The translations under genes and the position numbers were made by a program. Under the pieces are notes generated by a model, which worked only from the letters and a program-made list of their open reading frames with translations, had not been told where the DNA came from and did no database searches. DNA of 64,000 nt from Mytilus edulis (taxonomy: Eukaryota): contig NC_092347.1 of the NCBI RefSeq assembly GCF_963676685.1, positions 55,118,001-55,182,000 of the forward strand. The letters run 5' to 3'. This document shows, piece by piece, positions 50,214 through 63,712 of this stretch (positions are counted from its first letter, which is position 1; the number at the start of each line of letters is the position of its first letter).

Positions 50214-50269
50214 TGATGTATGTCGACCTCAAATTTTTCTTATTTATTTACTAAATAATATAAAAATAC

Positions 50270-50336
50270 CTATGCCATTCTAAAACTGGAGGATTAGCTT
50301 GAAGGATCTTACTACAGCTTTTGTCATCTGATTTTC
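50270..50336 (-). CDS. AP5B1: AP5B1 coding exon
   Basis: GKSDDKSCSKILQANPPVLEWHR; phase 1-2. Confidence 0.7.
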
Positions 50337-51311
50337 CTTAAAAAAACATAATCAAAACGAATTTACCATTTAGATTTTTTATACTTTTTATACATATGTA
50401 TTTTAAAAATCTTTTCAACAGTTACAGTATTATCATCATGATGCTTATTTTCCCATAAAGGAGTAATAACATAATGAAAAGTCATGGCAAAAGATGTGCA
50501 AAATGTCATAGCTATGACAAAAAAAACTTGTCAACCCAAACCAATTGTGCATTAGCTGATCAAGCTGATATTTTCATTTCAGTATTATGTTTGTTTGTCT
50601 TAGAGTGTTAAAACCATAGTCATAATGGAGTAACAAGGTCAAGGTTATGTCCTCATACTCGTTATTTCCCACAAAGCATTATAAACAGGTAAAACTTAGC
50701 ATTACCCAAAAACCCCATCTTAATCTTATAAAAAAAAAAACATATTTTACACAAGAAGTTAAAATATTCGTCTTAGTATAACAGTAGAACATCTTATTTA
50801 TGCAAAGTCTCCTTTACTGCTTACTAATGCCAATTTACAGTAAGTTCACAACCAGTATAGATAATTTTCCAAATTAATTGTCTTTCAAGAAAAAGAAAAA
50901 TGTTTCTTTCCAACTATCCAAAAGCTTCATGGCTTGACTGCATAATAATTACAAATAAAAGTCTTTCAATAGGATGTAAAGAAAGATAATATAGATTTCA
51001 TGGTATATCCTACAAGCCATAACATCAGGGTTCTTTGTGCACAGTCAAACAGATTTTGAAATTCATCTTATTCTTTTCGTGAATACTAAATTTGGTGTTT
51101 TGAACAGCTGAGTCTACCAACATTGCAGCAATTTGTTTCAACAATTTTCTAATATTGTTGTGGAATTTATAATTATAGGGATTTAGATTATTATCCAAGC
51201 TGTACATAATGGCAAAAATACACATTTGTGTTATTTTTCTCCCAATGAAAGTGACAAAAATAAATTGCTTTAATATGAAAATGAGTTGGTTTAGAGTATA
51301 TTTGTTATTAC

Positions 51312-51384
51312 CTTCAGGAAGTAACGTAGAAATAGTCTGGTTAAAATTCTGTGTCCCAGATGTTTTCTTAAGGAACTCTTGAAT
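51312..51384 (-). CDS. AP5B1: AP5B1 coding exon
   Basis: IQEFLKKTSGTQNFNQTISTLLPE; phase 0-1. Confidence 0.75.
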
Positions 51385-51936
51385 CTATAATAAAACATGA
51401 AGATATGCATGTTCATCCATTTAAAACTATTTAAGAGTAAGCTAGTGTCCATCACATGATACTAGTATCAGCAGGAATTCTTTAAAAAAAAAATCCCACT
51501 TAATGATGAAAACTACACATATAACAGTTTTAGTTCTTACTTCCAAAAATTTAAAAAAACCTTTTACTGTCACTTAATGAATTATTACATGTTGGCATTC
51601 TTGATGCCATTGAAATTTTATCAACCCAAAAAAACTTCTTCAGTCTTGATTAGTTTTATGAATGTATTCTAAAATGATATTATTTCATAATTCATTTTTA
51701 CTAACTTTTTCTCATAACTACTTTTTGATTAGGTTTTTTTTTTATATAAAAATAATCGTTATTTTCTATAAATACATTTTACATGCATAATTAGTTTTCA
51801 CATTGGAAATAAAAACCTTTTAATTTTTTGCATTTTTAATTTGATATGGAATAATCAACTCAGCTTATTTTTCGAAAACAAAACAAACAGAGAATATGCT
51901 TCAAACAAAACTGCTACAGCAGTTACCTCCCCTTAC

Positions 51937-52043
51937 CTTGTTTGATGTTGCTGAAGTCAGGAGTGAGTAGTAAAATAAAGCTCTGTCTTGAATATCCATG
52001 TCGTCATAGGACATCATCATATTAAACAGAATATCACCAATGT
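51937..52043 (-). CDS. AP5B1: AP5B1 coding exon
   Basis: DIGDILFNMMMSYDDMDIQDRALFYYSLLTSATSNK carries the adaptin trunk-end motif (cf. AP5B1 EDPDGRDHARLYYILL); phase 1-0. Confidence 0.9.
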
Positions 52044-53594
52044 CTGTAATATAAATACATGTACAGTTTGTTATATCATCGATTTCTGAAAAAAAATACT
52101 TTAAGATGTTGATAAGTCGTTCACCTATGGCCATTTTTTTTTTCATTTTTTCTGCAGACATAGCTTTAATTTTTTATTACCCTGTATTGTCAAGCTATGT
52201 TACTCATAATTGTTTCTCAGTCACTAAATGTACGATGTTGTTCCATACTAAAGCTGCTGACACTGTTTGTTTACATTCAAATTCCAATGGCGTCAAAACC
52301 ACCTGATGCATTGGATAGTTCTACCCATTCAAATTGCTCTTTTGTCAATAAGGGGATTTTTCCAGTCTATGGCAATTATATTATTTGTTTGTGTGATATT
52401 GCTTTGAAATAATTTGCAATAATTTGGGGGTTTATTCAACAGGAAACCTCAATTTAAGTCATGACATTCGACAGCAATGGAATTTTGTATGAATATTTAC
52501 CAACGTACATGATGGTCAGAATATTGATCTTGTTATATTGAATAAAAAAAAATATTCTATGAAAAATAAATGTAAATCTTTTTTATCAACCTACTCTTTA
52601 TTCCTAAAAAAATTTATGTCATGAACATCATTTTTTTCATATAGCTTTCCTTTCATTTTGGATGTTGTTTTTTTTGTTAGAAAATCAAGGAAAATGTAAG
52701 GTGCTTGTCATTTTGAAATTCATAAAAATATGATTCGCTTGACTTTTTTTGTCTGCTACTAAGATTAATGACGCTGAACGGAATGTACACAAAGCAATGG
52801 AGGCCAGAAGTGGGATTTTGTGAAGTTCTGAAATGTTTTAGGCATTCGGAAGTCAGGTTTAAAATGGCCATTAGAAAAATGGCATGTTTACACAAACTTT
52901 TGAATATCAATGAAAACGTATCTTTAGAAATGTTTTTTTTATTTAGAAGAGTAGAACAAACGTATTCTGCACTAACTTTGAACGCTGATATTAGCTAAGT
53001 GACATCAATACAGAGTTTTCCCATGTGATAAGTACAAACACAAATACCCAACGAACCAACAAGATGATCGATTTTAGACTACGATAGGATATAGTACTTT
53101 TCTCTGAACATAAATCTTATAGAATGACGTAAAAATATTAAACAATTATTTGTAATGAAGTTTTCACACAGGTTTGTTCTGCAAAATTATTTGTGAGAAC
53201 TATACTTTAAAATCTGACAGCTGCTAATGTCTATTTCTAGAGCTTTATATTTAGAACAAGTGAAACTGATGCAGTTTCCGCCACCTACCTTCTCAGAAAT
53301 GCTTGTAATGAAGTTCTTGAGAAAGATGCAATGAAAATATTCATGGGACGGACAGAATGAAGAATGGATGGACAGACAGAGGTTTAACAGAATACCCTCA
53401 CTTAAAAAACACTTTAAAAGTGGGGGTATAAAAAGCACACAGTGCTCCATGTGAAATCATGTCCGTAAATGTATAAAATAAAACATTAATTGAGGGAAAA
53501 GTCTACTTTACAGTTATTATTATTTGGTATTTAAGATCAAATTCAATCAAGTAGTACTTTGTAAACCATTTTTCTATCATTATGCAGTAATTAC

Positions 53595-53730
53595 CTGTAT
53601 ATAGCTGCTTTGTTCCATGGCATACTAGAAGATTGTGACATACAGCCAGTATACCATTCCCAAGAATCCAACTACTACCATCTATGCTGGCAGCATTCTG
53701 TACTAGATGGTTTAGAAAGTTAATGGTTGC
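53595..53730 (-). CDS. AP5B1: AP5B1 coding exon
   Basis: ATINFLNHLVQNAASIDGSSWILGNGILAVCHNLLVCHGTKQLYT (cf. ATLNFL...WDLQQGLLRVCRALL); phase 0-1. Confidence 0.9.
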
Positions 53731-54436
53731 CTTCAAAAAGAGCAAGGTTAAAATGTATGTTTAAAATGAACTAATATTGAAAACCTTTTCTATGAAAACA
53801 AGTCTACATTACTTTTTTGTGCAAAGGTCAGTCCTATTTTCCTTGATACAAGAGATTTACTTAAAACAAGTACAAATATGGCACATTCATCCAGAACAGC
53901 ACACTGACAGAAAAGCCAAAGAGATTAAAATGTCCAATGTTATACATATAAGAATATATAGCAATAGATACTTGTTGTAAAAACTACCGTCCAAGGTTCT
54001 ACTACGTGGATCCAATCCAGGCCAAATTATTTGTATTAATAAATCCAGAAGATAGTTATTATTTAATTTCTTATTTTGACCTTCAGATTAGAAGATCCCA
54101 TCACAATAAATGAAATACTTTTATGTGTCTTTAAACAATTTTTTTTCTGTTTTCATGTCTACTGCCTTTTGCATGGATCATATTGTTAAATATATTGAAA
54201 ATAACTAACCTTTATATATGAGCTCATTACTAAATTGACAGCTTCAAAAATGTAAATCTGCATGATAACCAGTATAAAAACTTATATATATTTTTACTCA
54301 GGTTACTGCATGTTAAGATGACAATGTTAAAATTCATCAATTTTGTGTACCAATAATCTTGATTCGTTGGATTATCTCATTATTAAACTTTCCAAGTTGT
54401 GATATCTTTTTCTGTATTGTAAGAACTAACACTTAC

Positions 54437-54572
54437 ATGTGGTGATATCTCTTTCTGCAATGAAACTTTCCTCATAACCTGAAGAAAGTATTGGTAATCT
54501 TTTGCTAAATCCTCAGAGGTTGTTGATGTAACTTGGGAATGTAGTAAGTTTAGTATTTCTAAATACATCGAG
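54437..54572 (-). CDS. AP5B1: AP5B1 coding exon
   Basis: SMYLEILNLLHSQVTSTTSEDLAKDYQYFLQVMRKVSLQKEISPH; phase 2-0; |GTAAGT donor. Confidence 0.85.
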
Positions 54573-55282
54573 CTGAAAAGAAAACAGTTCTCTAAATGAA
54601 TATTCAAACAATTTCAAATAAAAGAAGATGTGGTATGATTGCTAATGAGACATTTCTACATAAGAGACCAAAATGACACAGAAATAAACAGCTATAGGTC
54701 ACTGTCAACAATGAGCATAGCCCATATTGCATAGTCAGCTATAAAAGTTTTTTTTATACATACAAAAAGAATGTGGTGGGGTTGAAAATGTTAAGGGGAT
54801 CCCAACACTCTTCTAACCTAGAACGGTGGTGTAACAGTACAACATAAGAACGATTGTTTGTAAATGTCCTGGGACGATAAACATGATAAGCATATCTGTA
54901 CAAAATGAATATGAACTATGACGTTTGAAATAAGTTTCCTACAGGTTTAACCAAACTTCAAAAACAAATCTTTATATCTTTGGAAGAATTTAGTACAAGT
55001 TTGGATTTTTTTCCTGGTAATGAAATCCCTGACTTCATAATTTACCAGTTATACATTGATTACATTTGTTAAAATCTAAAACTTCACCACACACATGGAA
55101 ATAGCAAAAGAGTTGTGAAATATAAATTCTGTAAGATGGTGCAGAAGAAACATCACCATCCCAAAAAGGAAAATTGACAATAGGGAACGAAAAATAGTCC
55201 CTTTAAATGTAAATTTTAGTGTGGAGATTCCCTTGCAAAACTGAAATATTTAAATCCAGGAAGGGACAGTTATAAGTGTTTA

Positions 55283-56392
55283 TGTTTCAGACCGTATGAG
55301 TATTTGGACTGTAAGCCTACAATACGAACTGTAAGCGTACAATACGAACTGTAAGCGTACAATACGAACTGTATGCATACATTTTTAAAATATGCATACG
55401 TTCGGACCGTACGTGTACAGTCAGGCTAATTATAAGAAGTAGATCAAGTTTATAAGATATGAATGTATATTACAGGTAAACATAACTGAAATCTTGAATT
55501 AATATAAAATGTTCAATAGTGATTGGAAAAAAACCCATAATATTTTGATTATTTAAAAAGTCACGTAAATTTAATCCATTAATCTCATGCATTTAGCATG
55601 TCAGTCAGTAATACATGTACATGAATATGGCTCAATGAATTGAAGTTATTAAGGGGTCGTCCATTATTGTCAACCATTTTCCAAAGTGTACAAAACATAC
55701 ACTTGGGGGAAGGGTTTAAAAATCAACATTTTTACTGTACGCTTTAAAAAAAAAATAAGAATAAAACATGTAAAACAGTCAGACATGTTTAAGTTTATTT
55801 TCAAAGCAACTTTCTATATACAACTAAACTATGATAGAAAGGATCTCCTTTTTATTAGAAATGATTGATTCTTGTCTTGAAAATCTGAAAATGGTTGATG
55901 TACACTTTTTCAGGGAGGGTGGGGGTATGAAAAAGTGTATGTTTTGTACACTCTGGAAAATGGTTGACAATTATGGATGACCCCTAAGATATTTAAAAGT
56001 AAACAAAATGTGAAACTGAACAGTACAGACGGAATTTCCTTGCATACTGCCACAAAACAAGCAAGTTTTTCTCTTGCATGTAAGAGATGCAAATGCAAAG
56101 GAACATGCATGAACAGAAATCAGACGTTCCTTGTGGTAGCAGGTTTCACCCAGGGCGAGAGTGCCAAAAACAGGAGTTCGATACAATTAAAATCAGAACA
56201 ATTTAATTTCAATTTAATGTTTACTTGTTCACTTTATTTATCTAATTGTAATAATGTTAATTTGTAAAACTCAATAAAATTTTTTTGATAAATGTTTGTC
56301 TAAAATAAACCCATATGGTCCAAATACCTGTATGGTCCAGCTCGTACTAGACCCGTACGCGTACGTTCCAAATACTTGTATGGTCTGGAACA
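55283..56392. mobile_element. TIR element (TGTT(T/C)CAGACC...) with 20-bp subterminal tandem repeats, hosting a nested MITE
   Basis: TGTTTCAGACCGTATGAGTATTTGG versus reverse complement of the right end TGTTCCAGACCATACAAGTATTTGG. ACTGTAAGCGTACAATACGA occurs about three times. Confidence 0.65.
55653..55984. mobile_element. PIF/Harbinger-type (Tourist-like) MITE
   Basis: ~48-bp TIR GGGGTC.TCCAT.ATTGTCAACCATTTTCCA.AGTGTACAAAACATAC with 3 mismatches. TAA TSD at 55650-55652 and 55985-55987. Confidence 0.8.
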
Positions 56393-56810
56393 TGTACATT
56401 AGATTTATTTAAGTCTATTTGTTTAATTTTATAAAACAAAAATACTTATTTTTACATAGTTTGTAATGGAATGCATAAATATGTATCTGACTTCCATTTA
56501 AATTCTGGCATCTGAGTGGTTTTCAATTTTATATTTAATTTATTTTAAAAACAATGATTTTTTTTTGTTTTTTATTTATCGTACTGAAACTGAATATATG
56601 TCTACTGTGAACAAAACTACAAGTCTCAATGTCATGAGATCAGTGTTTGGTTTTTACAGATTTTATTGAATAGTCCAAATATTTGTAGTCATGCTACTTC
56701 AAATGCATTATTATCTAATTACTTCAAAGTTGAAGAAAATGCACATGTATACTTATCATATTATTTCACATAAAATACCAAAAATATATTTGTAATATTT
56801 ATAAATTTAC

Positions 56811-56900
56811 CTATCAGATGTTGTCTCTCTCAAACATTCCAGGAAATCTAAAGCATGTGGAATGAAGTGTGGAAATCCTGATATTAATCCTTTAATAAAT
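56811..56900 (-). CDS. AP5B1: AP5B1 coding exon
   Basis: FIKGLISGFPHFIPHALDFLECLRETTSD (cf. PMLAPHFVDLLD); phase 2-2. Confidence 0.85.
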
Positions 56901-57212
56901 CTGAAAAAAAATAACAATAGATATACAATAGTAGGTCAATGTCAGGAAAATAAAAACTTTTTTGTATGAAACCGAGAAACTGGGAAAGGGCAAGCTTCTA
57001 CTGAGCCTTTCCCCACTTTTGCGTGGAGTACTATTTTTAAAAATATTTTTATGACATTGACCTTAAATTGTTTTAATACTGCAACTTAAATTAATACATT
57101 GATAGCTTTTTAACTTATCTTTATCCCTAAATGAACCCCTGATTGTGGAGAAAGTGCTCCATGATGAAATTGACATTATACAAAATATAGCTATGTTACT
57201 ATATTTAGGAAA

Positions 57213-57534
57213 AACAAGAATGTGTCCCCAGTACACGAATGCCCCACTCGCGCTATCATTTTCTATGTTCAGTGAACCGTGAAATTGGGGTAAACCCTCT
57301 AATTTGGCATTAAAATTAAAAAGATCATATAATAGGGAACATGTATACTAAGTTTGAAGTCGATTGGACTTCAACTTCATCAAAAACTACCTTGACCAAA
57401 AACTTTAACCTGAAGCGGGACAGACGGACGAACGAACGAACGGACAGACAAACGAACGGACGGACGGACGAACGAACGGACGCACAGACCAGAAAACATC
57501 ATGCCCCTCTACTATCGTAGGTGGGGCATAAAAA
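57213..57534 (-). mobile_element. HINE-like element with GGAC/GAAC microsatellite
   Basis: AACAAG..GTGT..ACAC hairpin end, (GGAC/GAAC)n tract, and ATGCCCC..CTAC/GTAG..GGGGCAT inverted end before an A-run. Confidence 0.75.
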
Positions 57535-58095
57535 TAAAGTTAGTTGCAGTATAAATACAAACATTGGTATTAATGCTTAGCAGCATTACTAAAACTATAC
57601 AAAAACAAATATATGAGACATTAGACTCAGTATATGCACAATTCCTTAAATTCATAACCACTCAAAGTTTTAAAACAATAAATAGCCAAGGCAAGCAGAT
57701 TATTCAGCAAGCTAAGGTTGATTTGTACATAATATACTTTAAGTAGTATTCTGCAGGAGTTGACAATATCTTGAAAAGAAATGCTGAACATGTTTATCTT
57801 TGGAGAACAAGAAGAAAAGTAAACTGAATCCTAAAATCTCTTGTAAAGACAGAAGTGTATGACAGTAAAAATTATTTTAGGTGTGGGGCATATGTTAATT
57901 AGACAGCCAGCCAAAGAAAAAAGAACAAAAGATATCAAAGGTGTTTTATTCTATTTATTCGTTGTGGAGTCATTTTCATTTGTGGGCTACTTATTTTTGG
58001 GGATAAAGGGGAACTATGAATTTATTGTGCTCAGCAAAAGAAAATTTCTTGTAGTGTTTTTTTCCAAATCCAACAAAAACATGAAATCAAGTTTT

Positions 58096-58227
58096 CTACA
58101 AAAGTGTAACATCTCCCTCTAAAATATCCTACAAAAGTGTAACATCGATTCCAAAATATTCTACAAAAGTGTAACATCTCCCTCTAAAATATCCTACAAA
58201 AGTGTAACATCTCCCTCAAAAATATAC
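58096..58227. repeat. 33-bp tandem repeat x4 (CTACAAAAGTGTAACATCTCCCTCTAAAATATC)
   Basis: Four adjacent units; the second is slightly divergent. Confidence 0.9.
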
Positions 58228-58536
58228 CCATGAATATAAATGAATCCACAGTACATCCCAACTGGTGTAGAATATAATGAATTAAACTGTTTATAATGCA
58301 ATACAATGCAACATCAAACAAGACTTTTAAAATCCAATACAATATACTTCCATATCATCACTTTTGTACCTTTATCAAAAGCGCCTTTTGCAACATTAAC
58401 AAGCACTTAATTTCCAAATTTAGGCACACAAGCTAGACGTTTCTCTAGGATTTCAGTTTATCTCAGTTTATTTTCTTAGATTTTTCAATAAAAAATCAAC
58501 AGATTAATTTCAGAAGTAGCTGTAACTGAAAGATAA

Positions 58537-59822
58537 AACTAGAGGCTCTAAAGAGCCTGTGTCGCTTACCTTAGTCTATGTGAGTATTAAGCAAAGGAAG
58601 CAGAAAGAGTCATGACAAAATTGTGTTTTGGTGATGGTGATGTGTTTGTACATCTTACTTTACTAAACAGTCTTGCTGTTTACAATTATCTCTATCTATA
58701 ACGAACTTAGCCCAGTAGTTTCAGTGGAAAATGTTAATAAAAATTTACAAATTTTATGAAAATTGTTAAAAATTGACTATAAAGGACAATAACTCCTTAG
58801 GGGTCAATTGACCATTTCGGTCATGTTGACTTATTTGTAAATCTTACTTTGCTGAACATTATTGCTGTTTACAGTTTATCTCTATCTATAATAATATTCA
58901 AGATAATAACCAAAAACAGCAAAATTTCCTTAAAATTACCAATGCAGGGGCAACAACCCAACAACGGGTTGTCCGATTCATCTGAAAATTTCATGGCAGA
59001 TATATTTTGACCTGATAAACAATTTTACACCCGTCAGATTTGCTCTAAATGCTTTGGTTTTTGAGTTATAAGCCAAAAACTCGATTTACCCCTATGTTCT
59101 ATTTTTAGCCATGGTGGCCATCTTGATTTGATGGCCAGGTCACCGGACACATTTTTTAAACTAGATACCCCAAAGATGTTTGTGGCCAAGTTTGGATTAA
59201 TTTGGCCTTGTACATGTAGTTTCAGAGGAGAAGATTTTTGTAAAAGATAACTAAGAATTACGAAAAATGGTTAAAAATTGAATATAAAGGGCAATATCTC
59301 CTAAAGGGGTCAACTGATCATTTTGGTTACATTGACTTATTTGTAAATCTTACTTTGCTTAACATTATTGCTGTTTCAGTTTATCTCTATCTATAACAAT
59401 ATTCAAGATAATAACCAAAAACAGCAAAACTTCTTTAAAATTACCAATTCAGGGGCAGCAACCCAACAACGGGCAGACTGATTCATCTGAAAATTTCAGG
59501 GCAGATAGATCTCGACCTGATAAACAATTTTACTCCACGTCAGATTTGCTCTAAATGCTTTAGTTTTTGAGTTATAAGCCAAAAAATGCATTTTACCCCT
59601 ATGTTCTATTTTTAGCCATGGCAGCCATCTTGGTTGGTTGGCCGGGTCACCGGACACATTTTTTAAACTAGATACCCCAATGGTGATTGTGGCCAAGTTT
59701 GAATTAATTTGGCCCAGTAGTTTCAGAGGAGAAGTTTTTTGTAAAAGTTAACGATGACGGACGACGACGGACGCAAAGTGATGGGAAAAGCTCACTTGGC
59801 CCTTCGGGCCAGGTGAGCTAAA
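58537..59822 (-). mobile_element. HINE-like element with ~500-bp internal tandem duplication
   Basis: Reverse homolog of 8897-9642 with an intact AGGCTC-TAAA-GAGCCT hairpin. The internal block repeats at about 58765/59270 and 59218/59719. Confidence 0.8.
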
Positions 59823-59988
59823 AAGAAGATGTGGTATGATTGCCACTCTCCACAAGAGACCAAAATGACAAAATTAACATCTTTATGTCACCCATACCGC
59901 AAAGTCAGCTATAAAGGCCCCAAAATGACAATGTAAAACAATTCAAACGAGAAAACTAAAAGAGCATGTTCCACAACAGCTCACATAC

Positions 59989-60142
59989 CTGTTGATGTCT
60001 TGTGAAAAAGACCTGCTACAATGTCTCTGATACATGCCAAATAATGCTCTGAACAAAACAACAACAGCTCTGTGGTTCCCTGTATGCCACACCAACTTGT
60101 GTAAATATCCTACACTAGCCAATAACAGGGCACCATTCATAT
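59989..60142 (-). CDS. AP5B1: AP5B1 coding exon
   Basis: DMNGALLLASVGYLHKLVWHTGNHRAVVVLFRALFGMYQRHCSRSFSQDINR; phase 1-2. Confidence 0.85.
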
Positions 60143-61489
60143 CTACAATATAAACTGTATGATGACTGAACAACATCTTTGAAAAAACTAATAACTAACA
60201 CTCTTCAAACTTCAATCTTAAGAATAATCTGACAAAACAAAACAAAAGATGGGTGATGCCTGTATGCAGCAGCAATATGTGTAAATATTCATCATTGGCT
60301 TATGGTTCAGTCTGTAAAATTTGTTTTTTTGTATATGGTTTTGTTACAAATTGTCATTAGTTTTCTCATTTCACAATATCAGGTAGGGGCTTCTACAATC
60401 AACCATACCGTGTTGGTTTTTCTTATTTCTCCATGGCCTATAATTGCTCAGATACACCTACTTTATGTCAACTCAGGTGGATAGTTGTCTCATTGGCAAT
60501 AATACCACACCTCCTTGTTTTTATATTTATAAAATGACAACATTCATAACTGCGGTATATAATATGACTCAACAATGAAACAAAACAATGTGATGACTAA
60601 CTACACTGGTCTAGGCAATTATAAAACATATCATTTCTATGATGGAAAGTATACAGTGAAACATTAGAAGAAGAACTCTAATAGTTGAAATTAAAACAAT
60701 ATGCTTCTTTTCAACACATATAACATAACATAATAACACTGAGCAAAGTTAGAAATGACATAGATATCAACATTACAAGCATGTAACAGGGGAAATAATT
60801 GTTTCTTTTTCTATGAGTAAACAACATTCCTTTGACAAAAAGCAATCATAATTACAGTTAGGCTACAGCTAGGAATAAAGAACTAATTTATTGAGACACA
60901 GTATTTCAGGTATATCTTCTTCACAACATTAACATAAAATAAGAGGCCGCAAAGAGTAAATTTCCTTTTCAATTAAAAAAGGTGAATAAATTTTTAGCTG
61001 GTATAATTATCTTTTTGTAAGAATACAAAATATGAAAATTTCTCAAATATATGAATGGAACTCGAACATTTTCAAGTTTGAAAGCATAACCATATAAAGA
61101 AATGAAGAATTTGTCTGCAGATTTTTTCTAAATGGCTGCTTCTTCTTATATCAACTGAGAAACTTTTTCAACAAGGGTTGAATCATAACAAAGTAACAGT
61201 GTCATAAACATATTTATATTTCTTTATCCTTTGTCTATTTTTTGTAGTTCATATAGCCAAGTTTACAATTTTGTGTTGATGATTGAAACATTTAAGCTTA
61301 GTATTTAAGAATGTCTTACGACATAAAAATAGCTTATAATGGTAATTGATGTTAATTTCACAGCCTTAGCTAATTTACTTTAAAAGTGAATATACACCAT
61401 TCATAATTCATTCCAGAATCTTTCATAAATTATTAAGGTAGCAAAAGTGTTATTTCACAAGTAGTCATTGTAAAATATAAAATCCTTAC

Positions 61490-61625
61490 CACTTGGCAGC
61501 TCACTTAATCGTGGAATGCATGAATTCAATAACATTAGTTTACTAAGTTGACAATCAAGTGGGTCAAATACTCTGGGATAGAAATTCAACTGATACTTCT
61601 TTATCCCATAGTCTTTTTCTGAATC
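61490..61625 (-). CDS. AP5B1: AP5B1 coding exon
   Basis: DSEKDYGIKKYQLNFYPRVFDPLDCQLSKLMLLNSCIPRLSELPS (cf. PSLLHDPMALLARLHLL); phase 0-1. Confidence 0.85.
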
Positions 61626-62093
61626 CTGAAAAACACAGACGTGACACCAGTCAAAATCAAAATATGCATAAACCTCAAATCTATCTTAACTGAAATCTTG
61701 TATTAGAATATTCAAAAAGAGTCAATAGTGATTTAATCTTTGTTTTTCAACACATGTCGAATAAAATAAAGTTATGTAGATATGAATGAGTTGGATTAGA
61801 CAGGTTTTATTTATCATTTTAAAACTTATGCAAAATAATCATATTTAAGACTCCAGTACCCAAACAAATTAAAACCTGCCCTCCTTATAAATTTTAAAGT
61901 TAAGTCAAAATTCTGTTTACAAATATTTTTTCTGTGTGCATTCATACATTTTTGATTTTCGGATATTCATAGTCAAAGTTTAGTCATTTCTTAATTAAAT
62001 AAAAAATATTGGCTGAGATTATTGTCAAGACATTCATTCCAGTATTCACATACAAGATATGTCAATCAAAACTAGATAGACACTCCTCCATAC

Positions 62094-62231
62094 CATTAAT
62101 ATCTGTTTTAGCCAATGAGCAAAAAACAATCTCTGAGCTGGAACCAGTGATGGGTGATCTAATCCTCTGATTAAACTGCCAATGATCTGGGATTCTTCTT
62201 TCTCTGTTAGTATCTCATTTTCAAACTCTAC
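62094..62231 (-). CDS. AP5B1: AP5B1 coding exon
   Basis: VEFENEILTEKEESQIIGSLIRGLDHPSLVPAQRLFFAHWLKQILM (cf. FGEALFTAQDE...HPALPPPTHLFYLHC); phase 0-0. Confidence 0.85.
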
Positions 62232-63035
62232 CTACAATAGAACCAATCATTGTTATTGACATGAAAATAATCCATAGCTCATCAAAGCTGGTCAGTTATC
62301 TCAAAATCTGAATTAAAGATTAGTATAATGACATACAGGGACACATATGATTATTAATGCATCATTTATTCAATTTTATTGCCAACTGTTTTTTCTAAAA
62401 AAATGATTTATCAGATTACTTTATTTCTTAGCACTGTATTTTTCTTTTCATCTATTTATCTTAATGATGGTGAAATTCTCAAATATAAGTCTAAAAGCAG
62501 ATACAAAGCTATCCACAATTTGGCAGCATCAGGCCATTTTTTGTAATTTTTAAATATCTATTAATGAAATTTTACTTTTAGTGATGTAATCTTTCAGTTC
62601 CTTTTTTGTTGTTGAATATGCATTCTATTCAGCTTACAGAAAAGAGATAACGAAAAAACAAAACCTGAAAACAAATTCTCAGGGATGGTAAAAGCCCACA
62701 TATGTTTCAAATTTTGTTCAGGTATACATTATTTATTAAGTGGGTCTCACTGGGGTCTAAGCATGACACGAGATTGCTGATTTTTTGTTAGCGTAACATG
62801 TGAAAGTCAAATTATTGTGCTGTGAAAACGGGAAATAAAGTCTAGCGGGACACAGGAAATTACAAAAAAAATGAGAAATGCTTACGAACATAGTGTAAGC
62901 CAGATAACAGTAAGCGGGATCTGGGGATCAGAACTCTCCACCCCCAAATTGCGACCCCATTTTTAAGCCTTGTTGATAAGTTCTAAATACTGACTTCCTC
63001 ACATACTACAAACAATGCTAACTTTTATAACTTAC

Positions 63036-63110
63036 CATAATAAAAATAATTAAATGAAGAATAACCGGATCCATAGTAGACATGTGATGTAACATCAGAG
63101 GTTTGAATAT
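63036..63110 (-). CDS. AP5B1: AP5B1 coding exon (most 5' exon in window; gene continues beyond 64000)
   Basis: IFKPLMLHHMSTMDPVILHLIIFIM (cf. LFKPQLVRLLGT..LLH); phase 0-0; |GTAAGT donor. Confidence 0.85.
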
Positions 63111-63201
63111 CTGAAACCATATCGAAATCACAATTAAAAATAATGTTTCTTACAGTTGTACGTTAAAAAAACAATGCACAACATAATGGTTAGATTATGT
63201 T

Positions 63202-63458
63202 CATACCTGCCAACTGTCACTATTTGCAGGGGATTTCCCCCATGAAAGCTAACAAATGGAAATTTTGAAATAGCAATTTTGTCCACAATTTTAAACAAAA
63301 TATTTAATCTTACAATGGCTATATTCTTTAAAAAGTATGAGGAAGCCAGAAAACAACATTAAGATACATTTGAAGGCCCCCTTGAAGGTTTTGTAAGACT
63401 AAAAGAGCCATCTTGCATGTAAAACCCCGATGGGAATTTTGAAAAGTTGGCCGGTATG
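63202..63458 (+). mobile_element. ~257-bp MITE (CATACCTGCCAACT...AGTTGGCCGGTATG)
   Basis: Short TIRs; homologous over its length to the inverted copy at 63713-63923. Confidence 0.7.
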
Positions 63459-63712
63459 TATTTTATCTCCCTTGAGTATTAAAACTGATGAAATTTGTGG
63501 AAAAATCTCTGGAATTTTAACAATGAATTTGATTAGCTCTACTAAGTTATACCTTAGGAAAGGTTATTTTATTAAATATCTTGTATTATGTGTTATATAA
63601 ACAGTTATGTTTATTTCAAATTATTATTGAACCTCAATTCTGAAAACAAGCTTTATGGTCTTGGGATACCATGCTTGCAATTAGGGCAAACATCCTTTAA
63701 TACTCTCCATAT

